Position numbers and translations under genes: made by a program | Notes under the pieces: generated by a model | Told to the model about the DNA's origin: nothing | The model's input: only the letters and a program-made list of their open reading frames with translations | The model's database searches: none | NCBI GenBank assembly: GCA_046563655.1 | Contig: CM102284.1 | Span: forward strand, 8,184,001 to 8,248,000 | Reading direction: 5' to 3' | From: Yuukianura sp. NJ FZ-2021 | Taxonomy: Eukaryota | Length of the DNA stretch: 64,000 nt | In this document: piece by piece, positions 1 to 31,799 of the stretch | Numbering within the stretch: the stretch's first letter is position 1 | Layout: the number at the start of each line of letters is the position of its first letter

Positions 1-3000
1 ACAGACTGACAAAAAACCGTACACGATTCTCTTCAACACGGAACCCGCCACTGTTCTCTACAGACTCGAAGTAAGTAAAACTTAATTATAATTATGAATT
101 TTCAAAATTTTTCTGTACTAAACTTGTTTTTGTAGGTTTTGTACTTGACGCTGTTTCCTGCCGTTCACTGGGATGATCCGAACACTATTCAGCTCCTGAC
201 TATGTTTTTCGTTTCGGGTGGAGCTGGAGCTGTCGTGGAGATGCTGACGAAGAACAATTTCATGCCACTGGCGGATGTTGCGACTAAGAGACTAGCTTAT
301 CTGTCTGTGTTGAAGCTAACAAAGGCTGTGCTGACTGTCACAGCACATTTGTTGGTTCTATCGGAAACGGAAGGGACGAACATCGGAGAAGATCGGCTGA
401 GAGTTCTGACTGATGCACTGCTGTCAGTACCTCATGCTTCACATGAATTTGTACTCCGGACGCTCTCGGCTAACATTTCAAACAATCTGTTCAAAATTGT
501 AAGTTTAACTAACTTAAAAGTTTAAAATTTACTAAAAAATTGTAAGTTAACGATTGCTATTTTGCAGTTCAAAGAGTCTGCGGGACATACCGAAGCAATC
601 CGAGCGTTGACGGAAGGCTTGCGTCAATTGATTAACTCTGCAGTTGACTCTACTTTGCCAGACATCGACACTATTCGATTGATCATTCGATTGGCAGGCG
701 CAACAGCTTCTGGCTCATTTTCATATTTTTCGGTTGAACAATATCAGGCTAATCGTGATCCATCTGAAGAAGACATTCAAGGTAAGATGGCGCTGTGTGT
801 CAAGGATTTTTGTGTGTATTGGCAAGTATTTTTTATGTGCTGGCAAGTATTTTAATGATTTTGTTGAATTTTAGTCTGTGAAGAAGCTCTGGAAGTCCTG
901 ACCTTAAGTTTTCTCCTCAATCCTGTCGCTCTTGATTCAATCGTCAGTGAAAACACTTGGAAGAATTTTCTGCGAACAGTTCTGTTTCATAGTTTGAGTC
1001 CAAGGATTCGCTACATGGCGCATGACCAATTCTTCACAATTGCAACGAAAGCAACTGGCAACCCCCGTGTTTTACACTTTTTCATTCAGTTTTTGTTTGA
1101 GATCATGCAAACGTCAATTCAAGAAATTCCGCAACAAGCGAGAGACGTTTGTCACTTGTTGTGCAATCTCCTCCGCTATGCAATCAACTACCAGATTCCG
1201 ATTCCAAATCATGAGCAGATGCTCAACACACAACTGGAATGGCTAAGACAAGCCAAGGTAAGTACTTTTTTTTTCAAAATTTTGAAGAATTTTTTGAGTT
1301 GAAATTTTAGATTTTCATAATTTTGATCTTAGGAATTGACTTTGGCGAATGGCGAAGGAGCTGTTCAAGAAGATCTTCTGGAAGGAAATATCGTCGTTGC
1401 TCGTGAACTCGTTTGTTACTTGAGTCCAGAGAAGAAGCATTTGTTTAGTTGTGCAGGACCTAATGGAGAACCGTCGCTCATAAAAGTAAACTTTTCATGT
1501 TTTGGAAAAAAAAACTAATTGTACATTTTCGAAATTTTGTTGTTTTTCAGGAAATTGTCGAGGAATTTGTTTTTCCATGGTCCAAAGCCTATTACAACAT
1601 GAAGAAATCAGGAGAAATTAACTTTGAGCAACCAACTCCAGTGTGTTCGTCTCCAACTTCGGTCAATGCTATTCTTGACCTCTTAGTCTCCATGTGCAGC
1701 GATTGTTATCCAAATCTGAAACTCGTAGTGGATTTACTTTCCAGATTGTTCAATTACAGCCAAGGTAATCAACATTCTATCAAAATTTGACAATTTTCAA
1801 AAATTTTGAACACAAAAAAGTTTCCTTTCCGGATGCTAAAAACTGTCGCTCCAGATTGAAACTTTCAAAAAAATTTTTTTTTTGCTCATTCCACTTTTCA
1901 TGCTGTGAGATTTGTTTTTACTTTTAAGTGGGGTTAAGAGAAAACATGAAAAAAATTTTTTTATGGGAAGGCGCTTCCAAGGGGGGCCCTTCCCAACAAA
2001 AAAAAACATTTTGCCGGAAACGGTTGGAAATGGGTTACAACATCGTAAAAAGTGAAAATGAGGAAAAACTTTTTTTTTGAAAAATTTGACAAAAATTTTC
2101 TTTTCCGGATACGAAAATTGTAATTTGTGAGTCCACTTTTTTCTAATTCTGTTTCTTCCGTAACTTTAGAAGGCGATGCGACTCCGACGGAGTGGGAATT
2201 TCTGCCAGCGATGGGAAGTAGACCAATGGGAGGATTCGTCGGACTCAAAAATGCTGGAGCAACTTGCTACATGAATTCAGTTATCCAGCAACTGTACATG
2301 GTTGACAACATCAAACGCGGAGTGCTAAGTGTCACTTCGACTGATCCAGATGCTGATGAAGGAATTGAGGACATTGGTGATAATATTAGTCGCTGTCAAT
2401 CTGAAAACAATATTCAAGATTGTACAAGTTCTAGTCCAGGAGCAGATGACCGAAAGAACTACAACATCACAATACTCAAGCAAGTCCAGACGATCTTTGG
2501 GCACTTGGCTCTGTCCAGAACACAGTACTGGGTTCCCAATGGACTCTGGAAACACTTTCGACTCCAGGGAGAAGCTGTCAATCTGCGAGAGCAGCAGGAT
2601 GCTGTGGAATTCTTTATGAGCTTGATTGAAAGTGTGGACGAAGGGCTCAAGGCCCTTGGACAAGAACAAGTCATGGCCAGAAACCTTGGTGGACTCTTTT
2701 CGGACCAAAAGATTTGCAAGGAGTGTCCACATCGCTACTCAAAAGAGGAACCATTTTCAGTCATCTCAGTTGACATTCGGAATCACTCGAGTCTTCTGGA
2801 TTCACTGGAGCAGTATGTCAAGGGAGAACTTCTGGAAGGAGCTGATGCTTATCACTGTGAACGTTGTAATAAAAAGGTAGGACTCTTTGTTTTTAGTTTC
2901 TTTTTTTTTGAGAAAAGTGGCTAAAACTTGTTTTTTTCATGTTTTTGTTTCCAGGTTGTAACGGTAAAACGTCTTTGTGTGAAAAAGTTACCCCCAGTCC

Positions 3001-6000
3001 TGGCAATTCAGCTCAAGCGATTTGAATATGACTTTGAACGAATGTCTTCCATGAAGTTCAATGACTACTTTGAGTTCCCGCGTGACCTTGACATGGAACC
3101 CTACACAGTGTCTGGATTGGCCAAAATAGAAGGAGAGCTGATCGATGATGATGCGACTCTTCTAGCACAAAATGTACCTACCTCCTATCGCCTCACTGGG
3201 ATCGTTGTTCATTCGGGACAAGCCTCTGGTGGTCACTACTATTCATACATCTCCGTCAAGTAAGAACTTATTTTGATCATCAGTGACTGTTTGAACTTTG
3301 TTTGACCTTCACTGACCTTGGTCTGTTTTTTTTAGATGTAATGATGGAATCTGGCGATGGTTTAAGTTTGATGACGGAGATGTTTCGGAGTGTCGTATGG
3401 AAGATGACGAGGAACTGAAGAATCAATGTTTTGGAGGAGACTACAGTGGTGAAGTGTTTGATCACATGATAAAACGCATGAGTTTCCGACGACAGAAGAG
3501 ATGGTGGAATGCATATATTTTGTTCTACACCCAAAATGAAGTTGCGGACATTCAAGGAATGCTGTCAACAAAAGTCGGAGGAATATCCCGTGAGAAGTTG
3601 AGAATTCTTGAAGATTTTCTGAAAATTGTAATGTTTTTTTTTATTTCAGTGAATGAGAAAAGACTTCAAATGAGCGCTGGAATTGAGAAAGTAGTTTTAC
3701 GTCAAAATATTGATTTCATGCACTCGCGATCGCAGTACTCCCAAGAATACTTTCAGTTTGTGCGGAAACTGGTTGGAAGCAACCTGTACACAGTGACTAA
3801 CACGTACAATGCGCTTAAAGAAGGAGATTGGGTAAAAACGTTTTCTTAAATTCAACTTGTACATTCTTTTTTTAACTCTTTTTAAAACAAGACGTTTAAT
3901 TTTTTAGACAAACGTACCTGACGGCGGAGTCGAAAACGAAGAAGGGGAATCTCCTGTATTGGTAAGCATTACTGCTACTTCCTGCAGATGCTGATGCAGC
4001 CAATTGATAATTGATCTAAAGATTCTAAAATTGTTCTAAATTGTTGTCTTTGTTTGTTTAGCCGGAAGAAATTGAGAACCTGGCGTTGTTGAGTATTCAG
4101 ATGGCGACAATGTTCCTGTTCTCGGTTGGATTTCGGACGAAGAAGGGACTGCGTGGAAGTGCCAATGATTGGTTTGATTCCATTGGGCCTTACTTGAAGG
4201 TGTCCAAGAAAGTTCGCTTCTGGTTTGCGACTCACGCCTTGTTCAAAGATCCTGCAAGGTAAAGTTCCAGGATTGTACCACCATCACTTTTTTTTTGAGA
4301 AAGTTAACTGGAATTTGGGATTTTATCCAGGATCGGCGAATACTTGCTGGAATGTCCTAGTGGAGAAGTCAGAACAACATTTTGCAAAATGTTGGTTAAT
4401 TTGGCACACTATTCAAAGAATGACGGGGTCTACAGTCCATCTGTGCCAATGGCAACTTTATGTAAGCGTTTTGTTACGTTATTTTTATGTTCTGTCATGA
4501 TTTATGTGAAATATGTTGTGATTTCTGTAAAATATGTTATGATTTATGTTTCTTTTCAGCTCGAAGTGTGGACAAGAACGCTCATCTGTATGAGTATATT
4601 TTGGAAGCAGTTTTGAATCTGCTAAGACGAGATGTGTCAGAATATGGAAGACATTTGGCTCAATACTTTACATTCTTTCTGAACTATGCTTCCTTTGGAG
4701 ACGATGAGAAGCGAGACTTGCTACGAGTGAGGCATTTTTACGAACTTTTTTTCTTCATTTTTAGTCATTTTTTTTAGTGTTTTTTTGAAAAAAAGTTACT
4801 AAAAATTGCTGATTTGATTTCAGTTCAATGTTCCATCGACATTTATCTCCCTGGCCCTGGAGGATGGTGCTCTGCCGCCAATCAAGTACCAATGTGCTGA
4901 TTTATCCAAGTTGTACCAAATTGTGTCCATTCTCATTCGCTCATGTGACGTGTCACATCGATGTCGTAGTGCAATTCCTGTAAGATCTTTTACTTCATTT
5001 TTTTAGGAAATCTCATTTGAAACTAAAAATTAGCTGAGTGTTAACGTTTTTTAACAGGATGAAGTCCCTCTCCCGAATCCGTTCTGTGAAAACAACGGAG
5101 TTTATCCGTTGCAGAAGCTACCAGATAGTATCTCGTCCATAGTCTATGGCAGAGGGTAAGGTGTTAATTAGTTTTGATTAATTAACTAGTTAATTTTAAC
5201 AGTTATTTAATCAATTTAATTTTAATGACAGACACATCAAGAAAGTACTAGAAGAGGCAAGCGGAACGGAAGAGACGCTACAACTTTTGCAGTTTCTGTG
5301 TTGGGAAAACGCCTCCTTCTCCAGCACCGTGTTGTCTGAAATACTTGCACATATTGGATACAGCTACTCTACGGAACTCAAAACTTACTTGGAAGTACTG
5401 ACAAATGTACTGCGGATTGATGATTCTTGGCATCTCGCTCGGTTTGAACAAACACTGCGTGGAATTCCTGGAGAGAAGGAAGGACTAATTGAAATCATTC
5501 ACCGCAACAAACAAAATCAGCCCAAGAGAGCCTACCTCTTTACCAAATGTCTAACAAATCTAATGGAGCCCAACAGTCCAGCCCACCAAATCATCATCCA
5601 GTCACCAGAGTTACAGCAGAAGTGGAACTCCATTGTGGAGTGGCTGGAAAGAGAGTTGGACCGACGTGCTCCACCTTCTTGCACTGCGTATGGTTACTCC
5701 ACCACAACTTGGTCTCCGCCGTCGAATGAAGCTGCAAATGGATCATTCTTTTTGGAACGCTCACACTCGGCCAAACTGACGCTGGACAGGGCTCTTCTGC
5801 TCAAAGTTTATTCTAACGAAACGGCAAACGTGAGTTTGGATTTAGATTTTCGGAATTTTAGGTAGCTTTGACTTGAAAAACTTAGTTTTTGAACTTATTT
5901 TGTTAATTTAGGCTGAAGCCGAGGATGAAATATCAAGTGAAGGAGAGAGAGAAGACGAATGCTGGGAAGAGGGAAGACCAAAACGATTTGAAACAGATTA

Positions 6001-6484
6001 CTTGCCGGCAGAGGGACGGCGAAAGCGATTTGAAAGAGACTATTTGCCAGCAGAGGGAGTTCCAACTCGCTTCGAATCCAATCGCCCCCGAAAGTTCGGT
6101 TGGGAGGGTACCATGAGCGGAGAAAAATCAATGCTGAACACTGCGAACACAATCTATGGAACGACAGGAACTTTTATTCCAAGTGTTGGAACGGACGTGG
6201 AGTGGGTTGTAGACGATGCACCACAAGAACCAACGACGATCGAAGGCGGAAATGGTGGTTCCGGATCTGGAAGTTTTCCGTTCGTCATGGAGCAAACAGT
6301 TCCACTCAAATCATCTTCATCACCAGAGGAAACGCATGTCACCTCACCAGCACCACTCACCGCCCCACAACCGCCAGTTGACATGGACACGGTGGACTTT
6401 GACTTCAGACCGGTCGTTGTGGACGGACGACCCGGTTGGATGCCTGCCAACTCAGACAGGCGAAGGAACGCTTTTGGAAAATGA
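1..6484 (+). CDS. USP9X: Ubiquitin-specific protease USP9X/fat facets homolog, multi-exon, 5' part lies outside the window
   Basis: Cys box [23 protein letters not shown] (~2230-2300), [30 protein letters not shown], His box [13 protein letters not shown] (~3210-3250), [12 protein letters not shown]-terminal [17 protein letters not shown]. About 17 short GT-AG introns; last exon 5912-6484 ends in TGA. Confidence 0.93.
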
Positions 6485-7292
6485 ACGTCGCTTGCACTTC
6501 TTTTTTCGCTTCTTTTCAAATAATTTCTCATCCCTGCCAAAACTAAGAATTTACTAATGTCCGTTCAAGCGCAAAAAAACGCTTTACATAAAAAATGTTT
6601 TTGTTTTGAAAGGCAGGCTTTCTCTCGTGTCCAAAAACAGTTGTAATACCAAACTCATTTGTTGTAATTGTAAATACTTAAAAATTTAAAACCAAAATGT
6701 CGTAATAACTTTGGAAAGATGTACACGAGACAAGAAATGGAAGTCTGCTTGGAACAGGAAACTTGTAACACGTAAAACAGTATCGTTATAATCTAATTTC
6801 AAAGTTAAATTTGCTACCTTTTTGTGTGGAATTGGAGTTTATTTAAAACACGAAATAATTTGAGTTTAGTATTGGCTATAATAAGGAGTAAATTGCTGTA
6901 ATTCCGAAGGTAATTGTTAATAGACTTAAAAGTCTGTAATTTATAGGCTATAAAAGTGTCTATAAATACCTCCGATGCACCTAAACCTAAACTATTTACT
7001 AAGGTCTCGTTATTGTAAAACAAGTTTAAATTTTTCGCAATCCGTTTAAAAGGATGGTTTATTTACAAAAAATAAAATCAATTGAGTGTGATTTAATTAA
7101 CTGCAAAGTTGTATTTTTTTTTTAGAAATTTTTTAAAGTGGGAAAACATTGGGAGAGGAGAGTTTTTGAAGTGCGTTTACATTAGAGATGGTCGAGAGAG
7201 CAGAAAAGTAGATCGGAGATTATACGAAGCGAAGAGGCGACATAGGGCTTTTGGTCTTGTGTGCTTTTGTTAGGAAGATAGGCGCCACGGAG

Positions 7293-7931
7293 AAGGATAG
7301 GGAAGGGAGTGTAGCCTTCCTGCTTCGCATAATCTCCTGTCAACTTTTCCTCTCTTCTGCCTATCCCCCAATGTTAAACTTCAGTTCAAAATCAGAGTGG
7401 GTGACAAGGGTGGTGTGCAGTAACTCCTACTCCAACCACACAAATTCAGAGGGTAAGGATAGGAAGGGAGTGTAGCCTTCCTGCTTCGCATAATCTCCTC
7501 TCAACTTTTCCTCTCTTCTGCCTATCCCCCAATGTTAAACTTCAGTTCAAAATCAGAGTGGGTGACAAGGGTGGTGTGCAGTAACTCCTACTCCAACCAC
7601 ACAAATTCAGAGGGTAAGGATAGGAAGGGAGTGTAGCCTTCCTGCTTCGCATAATCTCCTCTCAACTTTTCCTCTCTTCTGCCTATCCCCCAATGTTAAA
7701 CTTCAGTTCAAAATCAGAGTGGGTGACAAGGGTGGTGTGCAGTAACTCCTACTCCAACCACACAAATTCAGAGGGTAAGGATAGGAAGGGAGTGTAGCCT
7801 TCCTGCTTCGCATAATCTCCTCTCAACTTTTCCTCTCTTCTGCCTATCCCCCAATGTTAAACTTCAGTTCAAAATCAGAGTGGGTGACAAGGGTGGTGTG
7901 CAGTAACTCCTACAAAAACCACACAAATTCA
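7293..7931. repeat. Tandem array of a 161-bp unit, about 4 near-identical copies
   Basis: GTAGCCTTCCTGCTTCGCATAATCTCC recurs at 7311, 7472, 7633 and 7794 (period 161). Only 1-2 differences between units. Confidence 0.97.
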
Positions 7932-8214
7932 CAGGGTGACACGAATTGTGCTAGTAGCTGCTACACCAACCACATAAATTATTCAAACACTAATTTCATA
8001 CATTTTCCCGCGTCGAAACATAAAGCAGTGTTTTAATTTGTGATTAATTACTCAATTAAGTTAATTAATTGAAGAGTGTTTTATTTATTTCATTTTCATT
8101 GGAACCTCGCACTGCAAAGACCGAATACAGGACAACCTTGTTTAATACACCTTACTTTTACATTGTTTACAAAAATGGAAATTTTGTAAAACTATCGTTT
8201 TCTTTTTGAACACA

Positions 8215-27350
<19,136 letters not shown>

Positions 27351-28458
27351 TTTTACAAATCTAAACACAAATTACAAAAATCTCAATTAATTCAATTAAA
27401 TCTTAGTTGAGTTCCAGGAGGAAGGCAAAGTTTACCGTTTTCCGAATCCCTCCGACTGACTTCTGTCAGCCGATCACGTTTGATCAATTTCTGCTCCAAC
27501 GAAAAGCCGGTTTCTGTTGTCATGGCAACAACACTTGTACTATGACATAATGACATGACGACTGACTGCTTCCACATTTCGAAATCTTGAACTTCTTGAT
27601 TCAAAATGCTTGAAAATGTTGATGTTGCTAAGGATGCTTTCCATGAGCGTGGAAGTCCGTAGAGGGAGGCGACGGAGGGAGGCACATTTATTTTCTTTGT
27701 CAATTTTTCTGTTTTTTCATTTCAGTTTTTCTGCATTCGACATTCGGTGTGAAAACGGCTGATATCGTCGTCACTTCTAAAAGAAAAAAAGGTGTCAACT
27801 CTTAATTACTTTTTATATTTGGATTCAATTAACTCGTGTCACAGTAACTACCAAGAAAGAAGTAATCGATTTGCAATCATTCTGCCAATTCTGGAACTTA
27901 CAACGTTATAAGCGTAAGTAATGTTGTTAAGGTGTGAAAAAGTTACCTTATGTAGGTTACAATAGGTCGTAGAAGATTACAATTCTATTACAATACCACA
28001 GCACTGCATAGGGTTATGTGTAGAGAATCCTCGTCCCCGAATTTGTGTTTTCAATTTTCAAATATGCACTTTACACTTTACAGTTGTCAGCTGTGACATT
28101 AATCGATTAAAAGTTAACGCGAAGTTAAGTTAGGAAGGAACACTTTGATAATCAGAAATTAAGCAATTCACGTCATTTTATGGAATTTACCATTGACCAA
28201 GATTGACCTTTGACACGAATGTCCTCTGTTGCGTCGGAGTCGGACTTAAAAATTAACTGCAACTTTTTTTTCACGGATTTTGTTACACGGCAGCTAAGTA
28301 CTAAAGTAGTGCTACGTAATAATCATAAAATATGGTTATGCATTATATTATTATAATAATACATAAATTGTAATGTTATTATAAATGTTAATATTATTAT
28401 AATATCTTACTATATTTTTCATTTTTATGCACTTAGGTACGGATACACCCTGGAACCC

Positions 28459-30102
28459 ATGATGGACACAACGGATTCGGCTTCTTCCGGAAGCACGAAT
28501 CTGGACACCCCGCCTAAAATGGTGATGGACGAAGACCAGGACAGCAACAACTTGGAAGTACTCCAGCATTTTCAAAATGCTGACTCACAGTCACATCAGA
28601 CTCCGCCATCCTTCAAGATGAAACGAATCAGTCGCAACATTTTCCTGTCAGGCAGACTTGGGGACTCTTCGAATTCGGGCTTTAGAGGTCAAGGGTCAGG
28701 CAGAGAGCGATGCACAAGTCCAGTATCGTCAATCGTCAGCTCTTCTCTGAGCCAGTAAGAGCACGATTTCTGGACATTTCTGAAGCTAAACAGTGAACAT
28801 GTCGTATCATTGTACTGTCATTATTTTTGTAGGATGACACTGAAGCGATCTTCGTCTGCTCCGATGATCAATCAGCTGGGACTCACTCCTCCCACATCGA
28901 CTGAAATTGCAAGGGAGAAGTTGAGCCTTAATCTGGCCCTTGGCAAAGGGCCCTCAGCTGGACACGGAGCAAGTGGGCAGGGCCCTTCGTCAACTTGCAG
29001 TACACCGACGAACTTTAGTTCAAGCAATACCAATCGTGATGTGTCCATGATGGAACTGGACGGAAATTACTTTGCTACAAACTTCTTAGGATCCTTGAAC
29101 AATCCTAGGCCACGTCGCTTTTCAGCCAGTTTTAGCTTCAGTCCGGTACGTCTTGGTCATAGTTTTTGAAATTTTGAACTATGACCTTCATTTTTTGAAA
29201 TTTGACCTTTGACCTTGACTTTTTCGGTTTTTTTTCCGACAGGGGTCACCCGGACCAGCCCCCAGTCGTGTCAGTCAACTTCGTCGACAAGAAAATACTC
29301 CCGACTGGGAAACGAACAGTGAAAAGGAGTTTCATGGTGCTCAGAACATTACACAATCCTGGGAAGATCTTTCACTGGTAAGAAATCAATTAAAATCTGA
29401 CGACCTTGACCTTTGACCTTTTTTCTAAATTCCAGGCTTCGATTTCGATGGACATGCCTTTGCGTCGTCAAAGCTTCACTGACCCCCTCTTTGTGTCCAT
29501 GCCAATCGGAACTTCGTCAGCATCAGCATCAGCCTCCTCGTCTCCCGCCGCTTCACCGCGCGTTTCAAATCGTTTTTCGCCTGGACTGTCTTCACCGTCA
29601 CCAACTCGCAAAAGCTTTACCTCACGGCGCTCCTTGAGCCCTATCGCTACCATGCGCCCCAGCGTTTTGTCTATTGGACTCGGCAATCAAGGTAAGGTCA
29701 ACGTCATTTCAAAATTTCATAGTTCAAAATTTCAAAAAACTTGACAATTTTTGAAAATTTTCAGCGCTGAAACGGAAATGTGGGTGGGATCGTGATGAAT
29801 CGATGGACTGCTCGCCCCAACCAGCGAAACGAGTTGTTGGACTCCTCACTCCAGGCAGTCCGTTACTAAACAACTCCACTTACCACAATCACTGCAACAG
29901 CCCCACCTACCCCACCCACCCACTTCAGCAGAGCCACCTCCTCATCCACAGTGGGTCTCCAAGTTCACTGGACACTACTGGGACAGAGTCATCAGTCTCC
30001 TCTGTGTCTGGTGGAGACAATGGAGATGCTCCGTCACCCTTCTTTCGCCCTCTGGACTCTCCTGGTGATACTTCGTCCTTGGACTTACCACTGTCCAAGT
30101 AA
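28459..30102 (+). CDS. FAM122A: FAM122A/PABIR-family PP2A-B55 inhibitor, 5 coding exons
   Basis: LKRSSSAPMI, RPRRFSASF, RVSQLRRQE...ITQSWEDLSL, SPSPTRKSFTSRRSLSP...RPSVL. GT-AG introns at about 28756, 29146, 29378 and 29692. Confidence 0.8.
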
Positions 30103-31799
30103 TACTGTCAATACTTTCAGCCATTTCTTCAATTGTCGAGCAATAATCCTAAGAAAACGTCGGATAGTTCGGGAGGTCAGTCACTGCGCAGAGAAAAAAA
30201 AACAACTGCGCAACAGCCCAAGAAAAACTACACGGCCAACTAGAGACTGCTAACGATTGGATTTATACCGCAATACTCTCAAAATTTACCATTTTACCTC
30301 ATTTTTTTGTTGAATTTGTATTTAACTGTATGCAGGAACTTTATTTTGAAAATGTTTTTTCTTCAGTTTGCTATTCTTGTAAAACTACAGTAGATCCCGC
30401 CTCCATTTTTAGTTAAAGTCTGGTGAATTAATCGATTACTTTGTTTAAAACGGCAAATTAATCGATTAGTTTGTTTAAAACGGTGAATTAATTGGTTAGT
30501 TTGTTCAAAACTCTAAAAATGTCCTCGGCGCTGGTCGCTCTTTAAAAATCTCGTTGAGTGATTTTTTTAAATCAAAAAGTAACTGTTTTTAGGACAACGA
30601 TTGGTTAGACTTTTCAGAAAAAAAAAGTTAGGGTATCAGCTGATTCGAGTTCCTCTAGTGCAAAATACTGTTAAGGATAAAAGTGTGTTGTTAATCGCAA
30701 GAGAAATCAAAAGTTAGATTTTATTATGAGAATTAGTTTAGTTAATTTTAATTTTACTAGAATCGTTCCTCTACTTTTAAATGAATTTTTTTGCTAAGAA
30801 GAAAGTGAGTCTAGATTTATTTATTATTTATATTTCGAAATTATGTTATTATAATTAATTATTGTTTATAAACTTTTACCTTTGCCCTGCCGAAAATTAT
30901 GCAGTTAAAGGGTTGGGTTTTTATTAAAAATCGGTTTCAACTAGGTGAGAGTTGAAGTTTTTATTCAATTTCAACATTTTGAATTAATCCGATTTAAAAA
31001 AAACGAAATTAATTTGAAATTTTGTGTGTGTGTGTGTTGCAGGTTGGATTCAATCGTGCTTAAGTTTTAGCCTTGATGAATTTAATATAATGTTAAAATA
31101 TTTGGTTTCAAATTGTCTTTTTAACGCAATTTTAACCGTGTTTTTAACGGTGTTTTAAACAGTGTTTTTAACATGTGTGTTAAAATGTGTTTTTCAATGT
31201 GCACTGAAATTGCTAATAATTTTCGAATATTTGTGTCTAAATCACTGTTTTTTTTTTACTTTTCAGAATTTGGGAGTGCTTCAACGCCATTTCTAGTAAA
31301 GGCGAGCGAAATCCTGGAAATTCGTGATAATTCAAGTGTTTTGCGGAATGGAGAGAAAGCGGGTAGAATCCGGTTGATTTGCATGGTGAGTCCAACAGAG
31401 CGTCAGTTTCACTTTGACTCTAGTCAGAACCAGTGCTAGGACTTTTCTCTAGGAAGACACACAAGAGGCTATAAGAAGCTCCACTCTCACTGCCAACTCA
31501 ATTAGTTCTATTCTGGACACCCAGTATTCAGTGTACTTGGCAGCATCCAGCAGTATCACGTTGTCATTTTAACAAAACACTACTTTTCTTCTCATTAATT
31601 CTGGATAACCCCAATTTTCCCAAAAATATTTAGCTTCGTCAATTTTTCCTATTGTTCTCTAGTGCTACTTACACAAGACGTTTTCACTTTTTACGTGCTG
31701 AGTATAACTGAAACGCAAAAACAAAAATAATCTAAGATTTAAAAAAAAATCTAAGATTTTAGTTTTAAATTGAAGGCTACTGGACCAAAAAAGTGAAAA

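Noticed and set aside
1862-2082. Degenerate foldback in the USP9X intron centred on GGGAAGG...CCTTCCC
   Set aside because: The arms are too diverged and low-complexity to define termini or a TSD. It is possibly an old MITE.
7293-7931. CRISPR array or hammerhead-ribozyme (retrozyme) repeat
   Set aside because: Units are identical end to end with no unique spacers, the context is eukaryotic, and I found no CTGANGA core on either strand of the unit.
27392-27703. Additional upstream dynein coding exon
   Set aside because: Joining its donor (~27434) to the next acceptor gives an immediate stop, so it is more likely 5' UTR.
30421-30511. Three 30-bp repeats containing TAATCGATTA downstream of FAM122
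   Set aside because: The repeat is real but short, with no evidence of function beyond a local duplication.
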